Positions 19,401-27,632 of a DNA stretch of 57,778 nucleotides are shown piece by piece. A model generated the notes under the pieces. The model saw only the letters and a program-made list of their open reading frames with translations. It searched no databases and had not been told where the DNA came from. This DNA comes from Dehalococcoidales bacterium (GTDB lineage Bacteria > Chloroflexota > Dehalococcoidia > Dehalococcoidales > RBG-16-60-22). The stretch lies in assembly GCA_016930185.1 (NCBI GenBank), contig JAFGHK010000013.1, positions 1 through 57,778 on the forward strand, given 5' to 3'. A program made the translations under genes and the position numbers. Positions within the stretch are counted from its first letter, which is position 1; each line of letters begins with the position of its first letter.

Positions 19401-20208
19401 GGCCTCCGAAAAAATTCTGATTACCAATATTTTCCCCATGGAAAACGAAAGCCTTCTGCTGGTTATCAACGATGTAACGGAGGAGCGGGAAAAGCAGGAA
19501 AGATTATACCTTACGGACCGCCTGGTCTCTGTCGGTGAGATGGCTGCCGGCATCGCTCACGAGCTGAATAATCCTCTGACCAGCGTCATCGGCCTATCGA
19601 GTGTAATTATAAAACAAGACGCACCGGAAACAATTAAAGAAGACCTGCATTCTATCTATTCCGAAGCGCAGAGATGCGCCAATATTGTGAAAAATCTGCT
19701 TACTTTTGCCAGGAAACATACTCCGAAGAAGGAACCTCTGCAAATTGCAGGTATCGCGGCCGATGTACTAAAGCTGCGCGCCTACGAACACAAGATAAAT
19801 AACATCTCTGTTGAAACCGAATTTCCTCCTGACCTCCCGGTAGTTTTAGCCGATTATTTTGAAATTCAGCAGGTATTCATAAATATTATCCTCAATGCCG
19901 AAGCCGCGATGATTGATACAAATGGCGGCGGGACGCTGAAAATATCCGGCAAAGCCGTCAACAATCACGTTGCTGTTTCCTTTTCAGATAGCGGACCGGG
20001 AATTTCCAAGGAGAATATGAGGTATTTATTCAATCCATTCTTTACCACTAAAGAGGTGGGTAAGGGCACCGGTCTCGGTCTTAGCATCTGCTATGGTATT
20101 ATAGCTTCACACGGTGGAAAAATATACGCCAGAAGTGAATATGGAAAAGGCGCGACCTTTGTGGTGGAATTACCCGTACTTGACATATCGAAAGAGCTGA
20201 ATATATGA
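16489..20208 (+). CDS. Soluble sensor histidine kinase: V4R/HNOB-like domain, two duplicated GAF-like domains, 3 PAS, HisKA/HATPase (NtrB-like)
   Basis: AHELNNPL H-box, NIILNA, DSGPG, PFFTTK, GTGLGL; PAS RDVTE/RDITE/NDVTE ends; 199-aa internal repeat. Confidence 0.92.
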   Translation: MNTGTDINICKEVSCRVTNSVIKYLESQGHDCTSIIKDLPLPYTREYLTDTLNWVTYDIRETICRRAVELTGDDAIMYKVGLATPGLNPLGGLESVIRKLTGPMMVYRFVPRYAGYFDRVFTFKTIITGKNTATIEMRTEEPDYQPSKDSCYYAQGILSAIPTLWHLPPARVREKQCMCMPLLGAVKNGVKYKAESCVYEVQWQPLVSRFQRLRDNTVGKIFPVARKSKELEQSLRHIDQKNTELIARNRQLAAVREIAMGVDKVRTIDEALVLTVEQSREIEGIRMVLVQKMDEARENVITPYYSKFRPDTMKMVNAAKAIGFDAEKILGKTPTSNKLRFPLLKLKVAQEYNKNPRIMVLTRLAELLDGVWPKTLCDALQKIMGVKKFVIVPLMVEGESWGHILYFLTQEVPTDILEMIGGHCALAIKNIINLNNLVERNTELTERNRQLAIVREIAVGVDKVSTIDQALTLAVEQSRGINGIRFVLVQKLDENKEYVITPYYSKIRPQYKYMADAIKALGFNPDKELGKKPTSNKLRFKFSKLKVVQDYPSNPRTIVLTSLAELLDGVWPRKLCNGIQRIMKVKKFVIVPIVVESEYWGSMLFFLTRDVPADILEMIGAHCALAVKNIGSIEALANEAIQRRMLIDESLDGIVILDDSAAVVEANKRFAEMLGYTSEEVRQLHTWDWDVKWKPETLLEMGRGVGSGSEGLHVETEHRRKDGTIFDVEISINGAVLNGRKLIFCICRDVTERNQMHEALRESEDRYRTIFQSANDILMLIDNKGKILDVNARIEDVGGYKREEIVGKDIRSLSEIMTPEGLKIIAENYLKRMSGKNVPFYDVEMFKKNGERLTIQINAVAVRKGDEIIGDLAILRDITENKQAEKNLKLQKDLIDRILATIPNAVLLLDKNLNMIIANQTFHKLFKLTKNGVEKKLVNEFVGAPELAQAIKNMIDSKEQKASAEFRYNIEASEKILITNIFPMENESLLLVINDVTEEREKQERLYLTDRLVSVGEMAAGIAHELNNPLTSVIGLSSVIIKQDAPETIKEDLHSIYSEAQRCANIVKNLLTFARKHTPKKEPLQIAGIAADVLKLRAYEHKINNISVETEFPPDLPVVLADYFEIQQVFINIILNAEAAMIDTNGGGTLKISGKAVNNHVAVSFSDSGPGISKENMRYLFNPFFTTKEVGKGTGLGLSICYGIIASHGGKIYARSEYGKGATFVVELPVLDISKELNI
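17212..18378 (+). repeat. Tandem intragenic duplication, 597 nt (199 aa) period
   Basis: NTELIARNRQLAAVREIA...HCALAIKNI (from 17212) versus NTELTERNRQLAIVREIA...HCALAVKNI (from 17809). Confidence 0.92.
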
Positions 20209-20588
20209 CCAGGATAGCAAATAAAAAAAAGAAAATACTGCTTGTCGAAGATGAACTGGTAATCGGCCGACTTTTTAGAAGAGTTCTTATCGAAGAGGGC
20301 TTTAGTGTGGACTTTGTGCAGGACGGCTTGATTGCCAGCGAAGTAGCCGATAGTAAAAATTATGACCTGCTGATTTCCGATATCAGGCTGCCCGGTATCA
20401 CGGGTATAGAATTATACGAGAAGTTGAAGTTAAGTAAACCGGAACTCTCGCTTCACACGATTTTCATTACCGGTGACACGATGAATGTTGATATTCAGTT
20501 ATTTATAAGGGAATCGGGCATGCCGTGCCTGGTGAAGCCCTTCGCCCCGGAAGAACTGGTCAAAGCAGTTAAGAAATCGTTGAAATAA
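20205..20588 (+). CDS. Single-domain response regulator (receiver)
   Basis: LLVEDE, DLLISDIRLP, FITGD, LVKPF; ATGA overlap with the kinase. Confidence 0.93.
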   Translation: MTRIANKKKKILLVEDELVIGRLFRRVLIEEGFSVDFVQDGLIASEVADSKNYDLLISDIRLPGITGIELYEKLKLSKPELSLHTIFITGDTMNVDIQLFIRESGMPCLVKPFAPEELVKAVKKSLK

Positions 20589-20726
20589 GGCCTCCTCCCC
20601 ATCTATCCGTATTAATACTCCCCCACCCCGTCGATAAAACACTGCAGTTATTCGTTTGGCGGTCCCTTTTTAGTAACCTTCACAGCATATGGTTATCACA
20701 TTTTAGAGAGTATTCAAACAACCCTT

Positions 20727-20755
20727 TTTACTTGTGGTGCGTTATATAATATAGT
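20727..20755 (+). promoter_or_regulatory. Possible sigma70 promoter for the lipoprotein gene
   Basis: TTTACT, 17 nt, TATAGT; GAGGGG RBS upstream of GTG 20779. Confidence 0.45.
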
Positions 20756-20778
20756 GTAGGCCGGAAGAGGGGAAAAGA

Positions 20779-21963
20779 GTGAAAAGGCATTTTGCATCGT
20801 CTATAAGGTCATGGGGTCTGCTATTTCTCGCTGTCGTTGTACTCGGCGCGTGCTCATGCACCGGTGCGACGGAGAGTTCCCCGCCCGGTCAGGCGACGGC
20901 AACCGAATCATCGCCGGTCAGCCCACCCTTCACTAGCTTCGCTGTAAATGAGTCCATCGTGCAGGTGAGGGATGCCGGCGTCCTGGCGGCGACCGGGGTT
21001 GTTATCGGCGACGGCAGCCAGGTGCTGACGGTCTTAGACTACGAGGTGTCCGTTCCCGATAGTCTGGATATCGTAACGGCGGGCGGGGAGATATACCCTG
21101 CGTCCATCCAGGCTATCGACCCGAGGACGGGCGCTACTTTGCTTAAGGTCGAGGCTACAGGTTTGCCAGTAGCCACCGTGGGCGACGCGGCATCGCTCGC
21201 TGCAGAACAGACGCTCGTTGCCAGGTGGTACCAGCAGCTCTATATTGAAGGTAGTTTGGGAGAGCCTGAACTGCAAGAAGCGGAATTAGCGGCTGTACCG
21301 GATACCCCCAGCGCGCCGGTAAATTTCGGCGTTCACTTTCCACCGGGTAGTATCCCCGATATACCAAGCATCGGGCAGGGAGCCGTCATTACCGATGAAC
21401 AAGGTGCTGTTGCAGGTCTGTTAGGGGTGGATTATAACACTATATTCACGCATCCGCATGGCTTAGGAATACTACCGCCGATTGCCAGTATTAATGTTGC
21501 TCTCGAACTGCTGGCTCCGGATTTTGCCGATAGGCCGTACGCCGATGGGCCTTTGATGATTGCCATCGACAACGGAGAGGGTACGGCATTTTTCTTATCG
21601 TATTTTCCAAATTATGACGCGGTGACCGTGGCGCTAGAGGAGATTTACGGACGGCTGGACACGCCTCTGGCTGCGGAAGAACTGCCGCAGGATTACCATC
21701 CTTTAACGGTAGTTGGTCCTGCGGAATGCAGTACCGCGACGGTAGTCTATGCCCTCCCCGTAGAGATTACGAGCGCCGATGGGACTCCACTTGCCCGGGC
21801 GAAATGGGTCAGCATACAGTGGAACAGGGCTGACGGAGCACCCAATCTTTTATACTACGGGAGCGGACGCTGGAACCTGGAAGGGGGCTTCCAGCTGCCG
21901 GACGACCTGTCCGACCTGATGACGGCCATCGACCCTCTTGTTAATTATCTGCCGGGCCGGTAA
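20779..21963 (+). CDS. Lipoprotein with degenerate trypsin-like (HtrA-type) domain
   Basis: Signal peptide with LGAC lipobox; ATGVVIGDGSQVLT, IDPRTGATLLKV, TDEQGAVAGL follow the HtrA pattern but lack His/Asp/Ser. Confidence 0.7.
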   Translation: MKRHFASSIRSWGLLFLAVVVLGACSCTGATESSPPGQATATESSPVSPPFTSFAVNESIVQVRDAGVLAATGVVIGDGSQVLTVLDYEVSVPDSLDIVTAGGEIYPASIQAIDPRTGATLLKVEATGLPVATVGDAASLAAEQTLVARWYQQLYIEGSLGEPELQEAELAAVPDTPSAPVNFGVHFPPGSIPDIPSIGQGAVITDEQGAVAGLLGVDYNTIFTHPHGLGILPPIASINVALELLAPDFADRPYADGPLMIAIDNGEGTAFFLSYFPNYDAVTVALEEIYGRLDTPLAAEELPQDYHPLTVVGPAECSTATVVYALPVEITSADGTPLARAKWVSIQWNRADGAPNLLYYGSGRWNLEGGFQLPDDLSDLMTAIDPLVNYLPGR

Positions 21964-22032
21964 CACCGCCAGATTCCCGCGGTACTTCCCTCCCCACCGG
22001 CAATAAAGTAGCGGTATCTTATTACGTCTCCA

Positions 22033-22884
22033 TTACTCTTCGCGCCAGTCCCAGTCCCTGCCGCCTTTGAAAACGGCGGAGTTCATCTCGTTGCTCAAGA
22101 AAATCAGGTTGGCCTCGGGGAAGCGCAGCGCCATATTAAGGAAAAACGTGCCGGTGTCATTCGTTTTGGCCAGTTCCTCCTCGGTGGCTATCAGGTACTC
22201 CCTGGTGAAACTAAAGGACGAGCTGTCGAAGGGCATCCCCGGTTTCTGGTGCCCCGGTATCACCACCTCCGCCCCCATCTTTTCCAGTCGTTCGATGTCC
22301 TTTATCCACTGCTTGCGCTCTTCTGCCGTGACCTCGCAGGTAAACGGGTGCGCCTGGTTGAAAAGCACGTCACTGCCGTAGAGAGTTTTTATGGAGGGAA
22401 TCCAGACCACAGTATTATACTTGAGGTCGCCCATGATTTCCGGGAGAATCTCGATGCGCTTGCCTTCCAGCTCGAAGTAGTTATGAGTCATCGGCTCGAT
22501 ATTTATGGCCTTCGTCGGCACGTTCGTCGGCCCGATGATGTCTCTCCAGTGGTCGATTTTGCCGAACATCTGCTTGTTGATGGTCTGCGCTACCGAAGGC
22601 AGGGCGATGATTTTAGCCTCCGGGAAGGCCTCGACAACCGGCCCCAGCCCGAAGTAGTGGTCGGGGTGGGCGTGGGTGATATAAATCGTTTTCAGGTGCT
22701 TGCCCGTCTCCAGTATCTCCGCCGCCACGCGGTGGCCGTTGGATAAACTCCACTGCCCGTCGATGAGGGCGGCGTCGGTCTTGCCCAGCAAGATTACCGA
22801 AGCGACTGCAAATCCACTCTCGTCGCTGAAAAAGACCTTTGTCGTTAATTCATTCTTTCCGTGCTCGTTGATTCTTACTTCCAT
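22033..22884 (-). CDS. MBL-fold metallo-hydrolase
   Basis: THAHPDH, SDVLFN, VIPGH. Confidence 0.9.
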   Translation of the reverse strand: MEVRINEHGKNELTTKVFFSDESGFAVASVILLGKTDAALIDGQWSLSNGHRVAAEILETGKHLKTIYITHAHPDHYFGLGPVVEAFPEAKIIALPSVAQTINKQMFGKIDHWRDIIGPTNVPTKAINIEPMTHNYFELEGKRIEILPEIMGDLKYNTVVWIPSIKTLYGSDVLFNQAHPFTCEVTAEERKQWIKDIERLEKMGAEVVIPGHQKPGMPFDSSSFSFTREYLIATEEELAKTNDTGTFFLNMALRFPEANLIFLSNEMNSAVFKGGRDWDWREE

Positions 22885-22916
22885 CTTTAACTCCTTAAAT
22901 ACAAAGTATTATGGTC

Positions 22917-23864
22917 CTATTTATGTGTCCACTGTGCCGTGTTACCGATGGTGAAGCACAGCACCGGCCTCTTGATATTTTTAAACTCGATGGGGCAGTG
23001 CTTGAGTCCTCTCGGCACGAAGACGAGCGAGCTTTGTTTGATATTATGCAGTTCGTCACCGATTGTGATAGACACGTCACCGTTAATAGCCCGCGGGTGC
23101 TCTTTATCCGACCAGCCCACCAGTCCAATCATCTCGTCGAAGTCGTGGGCGTGCGGCTCCGGCGCCATCGTCATGTCGCCGCTCCATATCCAGACGAAAT
23201 CAACGTAAAAAGCCCCCGGTGAGACCTCGCCGTCCAGCGAGACCATGTGGGTTGCCTTTGCCTTGGGCGGCGGGGGGGGCGGCCCGTGCCGCTTCGGCTC
23301 GGTGATGATGTACCGGGAGTACCTCGAACCAGATTTATCCTTGGGCGGCGGCTTGAAAGGGGGTATCTTTAAGGGGGGTGCGTCCTTGGACTTCATCGAC
23401 TCCGATTCACGACCGTACCGGCTTATCGGCGCAAGGGTAAAGAAGAAGACCGGGCGGTTCACTTCGCGGAAGGTCAGCGGGCAGTGCTTCATGCCCGCCG
23501 GCACGTGCACCAGGCAGCTTTTCGTCAGGAAATGCGTTTCGTCCCCGAGGATAATTTCCATCCTAGCGTCAAGCTCTTTAGGATTGTCCGGGTCGCTGCT
23601 GATGAACCCTATAACCTCATCGAAGGGGTGAACGTGCGGCTCTTCCGTCGTGCCGGAAGTAGTCTTACCGCCCCAGAGCCAGATGCACTCCATGTAGAAC
23701 GTGGCGCCCTTGACCTTGGTGTCGTCCATCCAGAGCAGTCGCTCCAACTCAACCGTCGATTCTATGGGGTTGTCTTTCATCATTTCCTGCATCTTGGCTA
23801 TTTCTTCAGGCGTGTATTCCCTTGTATCCGTCACGATGTTCTTAGCGTAGCGTTTTTCGGCCAT
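22917..23864 (-). CDS. Tandem cupin-like protein (two His-motif domains, Pro-rich linkers)
   Basis: EPHVHPFDEVIG...VPAGMKHCPL and EPHAHDFDEMIG...VPRGLKHCPI. Confidence 0.75.
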   Translation of the reverse strand: MAEKRYAKNIVTDTREYTPEEIAKMQEMMKDNPIESTVELERLLWMDDTKVKGATFYMECIWLWGGKTTSGTTEEPHVHPFDEVIGFISSDPDNPKELDARMEIILGDETHFLTKSCLVHVPAGMKHCPLTFREVNRPVFFFTLAPISRYGRESESMKSKDAPPLKIPPFKPPPKDKSGSRYSRYIITEPKRHGPPPPPPKAKATHMVSLDGEVSPGAFYVDFVWIWSGDMTMAPEPHAHDFDEMIGLVGWSDKEHPRAINGDVSITIGDELHNIKQSSLVFVPRGLKHCPIEFKNIKRPVLCFTIGNTAQWTHK

Positions 23865-23888
23865 GACTCGTCCTTTCCTGTATATTCT

Positions 23889-25085
23889 TTAGAGAGCATT
23901 GATTGCTTTTTCAATTCTCTCAAGCGCTTCTTGAAGAATTGAGCGCGGACAGGCTATGTTCATGCGCTGGAACCCCGAGCCTCCCGCTCCGAATATGAAG
24001 CCGTCGTTCATGCCCACTTTAGCTTTTTCTTTCATAAAGCCGCTCAAAGCCTTATCGTCCAGGCCCAGCGCCCGGCAGTCCAGCCAGAGGAGGTATGTCG
24101 CCTGCGGCTTGATGACGCTGATTCTGGGTATTTTCTGTTTAAAATAGTCGAGCGTGAATTCCATGTTTTTTTGCAAATAGTCCAGCAGTTGTTCCAGCCA
24201 CTCGTCCCCGTAGCGGTAGGCCGCCTCCAGAGCCGTCAGCCCGAAGATGTTCAGACCCGACCCCGCGCCGGCCCTTGCCTCGTTGAATTTCTCCCGCAGC
24301 TTTTTATCGGGGATGATGATAGAAGAGGCGTGCAGACCCGGCAGGTTGAAGGTCTTGCTGGGCGCCATGCAGACGATGCTGTTCTGCTCGAACTCTCTGG
24401 ATAACGTGGCAAAAGGTGTATGTTTATAGCCTTTGTATAAAAGCTCGCAGTGAATTTCGTCGGAGATAACGGGTATTTCATGCTTGAGCATGATTTCCCC
24501 CAGTTGCGTTAAGTCCTCCCTTCCCCACAGCCTCCCGATGGGGTTATGCGGATTGCACAGGATGACGGCTTTAATCCGGCTGCCCCCGAATTCCATCCCG
24601 CCTCTCTTCTCGAATTTGCCCTCAAGCTCCTCAAAGTCCATCTCGTAATTTCCATTGTTCAGCTTAAGCTGGTTAGTGGCTACCTGGCAGCCGTTTTCCT
24701 TCACCACCGAGAAAAACGGGAAGTAAACGGGCTCCTGCAGTATTATCTCGTCGCCGGGGTGCGTCAGCGCTTTTACGGCCGCGCTTAAGGCGGGGATAAC
24801 GCCGGGCGAAAAGACCACCCACTCCGGCTCCACCTTCCAGCCGAACTTCCTCCGCAAGCGGTCGGTAACAGCCTCGGTAACACCCGGCCCCGTGTGCGTG
24901 TAGCCGTAAAACGGGTGCTCGGCGCGTTTTTTCAGAGCCTCGACGATGGGCCTGGCGGCCGGGAAATCCATGTCCGCCACCCACATCGGTATCACATCCT
25001 CGCTCCCGAAAATAGCCTTCACGGCGTCCCACTTGGCGCTGCCGGTGTTCTTCCTAGAATGTACCCGGTCGAAATCGTATTTCAT
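23889..25085 (-). CDS. MalY/PatB family PLP-dependent C-S lyase (cystathionine beta-lyase)
   Basis: PMWVADMDF, LCNPHNP, SDEIH, APSKTFN, ATYLLWLD, RMNIACP. Confidence 0.95.
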   Translation of the reverse strand: MKYDFDRVHSRKNTGSAKWDAVKAIFGSEDVIPMWVADMDFPAARPIVEALKKRAEHPFYGYTHTGPGVTEAVTDRLRRKFGWKVEPEWVVFSPGVIPALSAAVKALTHPGDEIILQEPVYFPFFSVVKENGCQVATNQLKLNNGNYEMDFEELEGKFEKRGGMEFGGSRIKAVILCNPHNPIGRLWGREDLTQLGEIMLKHEIPVISDEIHCELLYKGYKHTPFATLSREFEQNSIVCMAPSKTFNLPGLHASSIIIPDKKLREKFNEARAGAGSGLNIFGLTALEAAYRYGDEWLEQLLDYLQKNMEFTLDYFKQKIPRISVIKPQATYLLWLDCRALGLDDKALSGFMKEKAKVGMNDGFIFGAGGSGFQRMNIACPRSILQEALERIEKAINAL

Positions 25086-25271
25086 AAAATTCTCTAAACT
25101 GCTCTCATCAACTTGCTTTACCCCGGATGCTTTATATTCTATAATCTTATCGCATTCTATTCAACGATATTAACATTTGTGCATAAATTTGATTTACTGC
25201 CGCTTGTTGTGTTAACTATAATACGGCGATATTAGTCACTTATTTTTTAAATACAGGAGGAATCGATAAAA

Positions 25272-25781
25272 ATGGATATCAAAGAATATATAAGCATGCA
25301 GATAGAAGGGCTGGACCACGGTCTCAAGCGGGTTGTCGACGGTTTAAAACAGGAGGAAATCGCCTGGCGCCCTGCCAGCGGCTGCAACTCTATAGGCCTG
25401 ATTCTCTTCCATCTGTTCAAGTCCGAGGACTCGTTTATACAGGTCCACCTGAAGGGTAAAAAAGAACTCTGGGAGACGGGCAAATGGTACAATCAGTTAA
25501 ACCTCGACGCCTCTGAAGAGGGTGCCCACTACACAGTAGAGCAGGTGGACAACTTCCCCGTTCCCGCCCTGGAATCCATTTTAAGGTACGGCGCCGCCGT
25601 ACGTACCGCGACTCTGGACTATGTGGACACATTACAGCCGGCCGGCCTTGAAAAAGTAGTCAAGATGCCCTTTGGCGATATGACGGTTGCCATGATGCTT
25701 TCACTATTATGCGGTCACGCTTCGCAGCATACCGGCGAGATTTCCTATCTGCGCGGACTCCAGCGCGGTCTGGATAAATAA
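25272..25781 (+). CDS. DinB family protein
   Basis: NSIGLILFH and HASQHTGEI His motifs; AGGAGG RBS; TATAAT at 25217-25222. Confidence 0.88.
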   Translation: MDIKEYISMQIEGLDHGLKRVVDGLKQEEIAWRPASGCNSIGLILFHLFKSEDSFIQVHLKGKKELWETGKWYNQLNLDASEEGAHYTVEQVDNFPVPALESILRYGAAVRTATLDYVDTLQPAGLEKVVKMPFGDMTVAMMLSLLCGHASQHTGEISYLRGLQRGLDK

Positions 25782-25806
25782 AACTTAAGGCCTGCGAGGC
25801 TAGTCG

Positions 25807-26559
25807 TTACCGGGAGCTTAAATACATCAATATAGCCCCGCAGATGGCCACGTTCAGGCTCTCCGCTTTTTCCGGCGTGGTGGGTATCCCCACGCGATGG
25901 TCGGCCATAGCCAGCAGCTCTTTAGATAGTCCAGCGGCTTCGTTGCCCACTGCCAGCACCAGTTTTTCCTGATTTGACAGGATTGCAGGTTCTTCCGTGC
26001 CTTTAACATCCGCGGCGATTATTTTATAGTCCTTTTCTTTCAGCTCCCGTGCCATCTCGAGGTATCGCTCCGTTCTTCTTAACCATAAAGACAGCACGGT
26101 TCCCGCCGTTGCCTGCACGCATTTCGGCGCCAGGGGGTCGGCGCCGTTTTCCGTCAGTATCACGCCGTCGTAATCGAAAGCCGCCGCCGTGCGTACCAGC
26201 GTGCCGGTATTGCCGGGGTCCTGGATGTTCTCTAGCAGCAGAATCCGACTGCCCGTGTCTGCGGGTAATACGGAGGAATATGTATCTGATGGAATCCTGA
26301 CTACCGCCATGATTCCCTGCGGCGTTTGCGTGCTACTGATATACTGGAACTGGCTTGCCGTAACCGTGCGCGCCGGGTAATCGCGGAATGCGGCGGGTGG
26401 TTTTTCCACACATATTATCTCGGTGACGGATTCTGGTCTGCCGGCGACTATCTGACGGATGGTTTTTTCGCCTTCAATGATAAAGACACCAGCTTCGAGC
26501 CTTCCCTTACGGTCGGCAAGCTGCCGGTACCATTTCAGTGACTTCATAGGTGTGGTCAT
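25807..26559 (-). CDS. TrmH/SpoU family RNA 2'-O-methyltransferase
   Basis: IQDPGNTGTLVRTA, GNEAAGLS, ESLNVA. Confidence 0.93.
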   Translation of the reverse strand: MTTPMKSLKWYRQLADRKGRLEAGVFIIEGEKTIRQIVAGRPESVTEIICVEKPPAAFRDYPARTVTASQFQYISSTQTPQGIMAVVRIPSDTYSSVLPADTGSRILLLENIQDPGNTGTLVRTAAAFDYDGVILTENGADPLAPKCVQATAGTVLSLWLRRTERYLEMARELKEKDYKIIAADVKGTEEPAILSNQEKLVLAVGNEAAGLSKELLAMADHRVGIPTTPEKAESLNVAICGAILMYLSSR

Positions 26560-26685
26560 GTGATTTTCACTCGTTCGTCCATAAACAATACCACACCCGG
26601 GAGCTTTAGTTAAAGGTTTTACCCGCGGGTGTGGCTGTTTTGTTTTTACAGGGCTTGACGCTGGAATACCCCGGATGAAAGTCTA

Positions 26686-27000
26686 TTAGTCTTTAATGGC
26701 TTTTGCCATCTGTATTTCTTTGACCAGGTCTTCGATGGTGATGGCAGCGAAGGTCAGCGGCTCCATCGTTCCCCTAGAACCCAGCGCGGAGGCAACCCTG
26801 GCGATGACGGTGTTATTGGGCGCTTCCAGAATATTGACGAAGTCATACTCGCCCAGTATCGCGTACTGGTTAAGGATTTTCGCCCCCATGTTCTCAACTT
26901 CTTTGTTGACTTCCCAGATTCTGCCGGGATTTTGCATTATCGTCTTTCTTCCGTGGTCGGTCAGCTTAGTAAGCATAACGTAGTATGGCATATCGTTCAC
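26686..27000 (-). CDS. GYD domain-containing protein
   Basis: YAILGEYDFVNILEAP motif, about 100 aa. Confidence 0.85.
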   Translation of the reverse strand: MNDMPYYVMLTKLTDHGRKTIMQNPGRIWEVNKEVENMGAKILNQYAILGEYDFVNILEAPNNTVIARVASALGSRGTMEPLTFAAITIEDLVKEIQMAKAIKD

Positions 27001-27068
27001 CTCTCCATAAAAGTAGCCCTGCTTATATAAATAGGGCGCTAGATAGGCATATATTACAATAACGTATG

Positions 27069-27632
27069 TTAACTGTCAATAAGCCTGTAGCAGTTCTTTT
27101 TCACCGCCAACGGTATGCCGGCGACCATGAAATATACTTCATTTACGTGCTCCGCCAGCATCCGGTTGGCTTTGCCTAACAGGTCGCGGTACAGACGGCT
27201 TATCCTGTCGCCCGGTATAATCCCCAGCCCCACCTCGTTGGTGACGATAATGAAGTCCGCTTTTGTTTTCTTAATACATTGCAGCAGTTCGGTTATTTCC
27301 GCCGTGACAGCCTTTTCCAGCGCCGCGGCACTGGCCTTACCGCCGTGTTCCTCAAAGATATTATTAACCAGCAGCGTTATACAGTCGATAATCACCGTTT
27401 TCGCGCCGCCGATGCCGGCCGCAATCCGGCTGCCGATGTGCGTGGTCGCTTCAAGAGTTTTCCAGTCTTTAGGCCTGGTTTTGCGGTGGGCCTCGATGCG
27501 CTGCTCCATCTCGTCGTCGCCGGCTTCCGCCGTCGCCACGAACAGTACCTCCCCGCCTGCTTTAGTGGCCAGTTCCAGGGCCAGTCTGCTTTTACCGCTC
27601 CGCGCGCCCCCGGTTATCAAAATGCTTTTCAC
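27069..27632 (-). CDS. cobU: Adenosylcobinamide kinase / adenosylcobinamide-phosphate guanylyltransferase
   Basis: GGARSGKS, RIEAHRKTR, DCITL, TNEVGLG. Confidence 0.96.
   Translation of the reverse strand: MKSILITGGARSGKSRLALELATKAGGEVLFVATAEAGDDEMEQRIEAHRKTRPKDWKTLEATTHIGSRIAAGIGGAKTVIIDCITLLVNNIFEEHGGKASAAALEKAVTAEITELLQCIKKTKADFIIVTNEVGLGIIPGDRISRLYRDLLGKANRMLAEHVNEVYFMVAGIPLAVKKNCYRLIDS

Noticed and set aside
23263-23380. G-rich runs as a G-quadruplex or phase-variation tract
   Set aside because: Explained by poly-proline linker codons of the minus-strand bicupin gene
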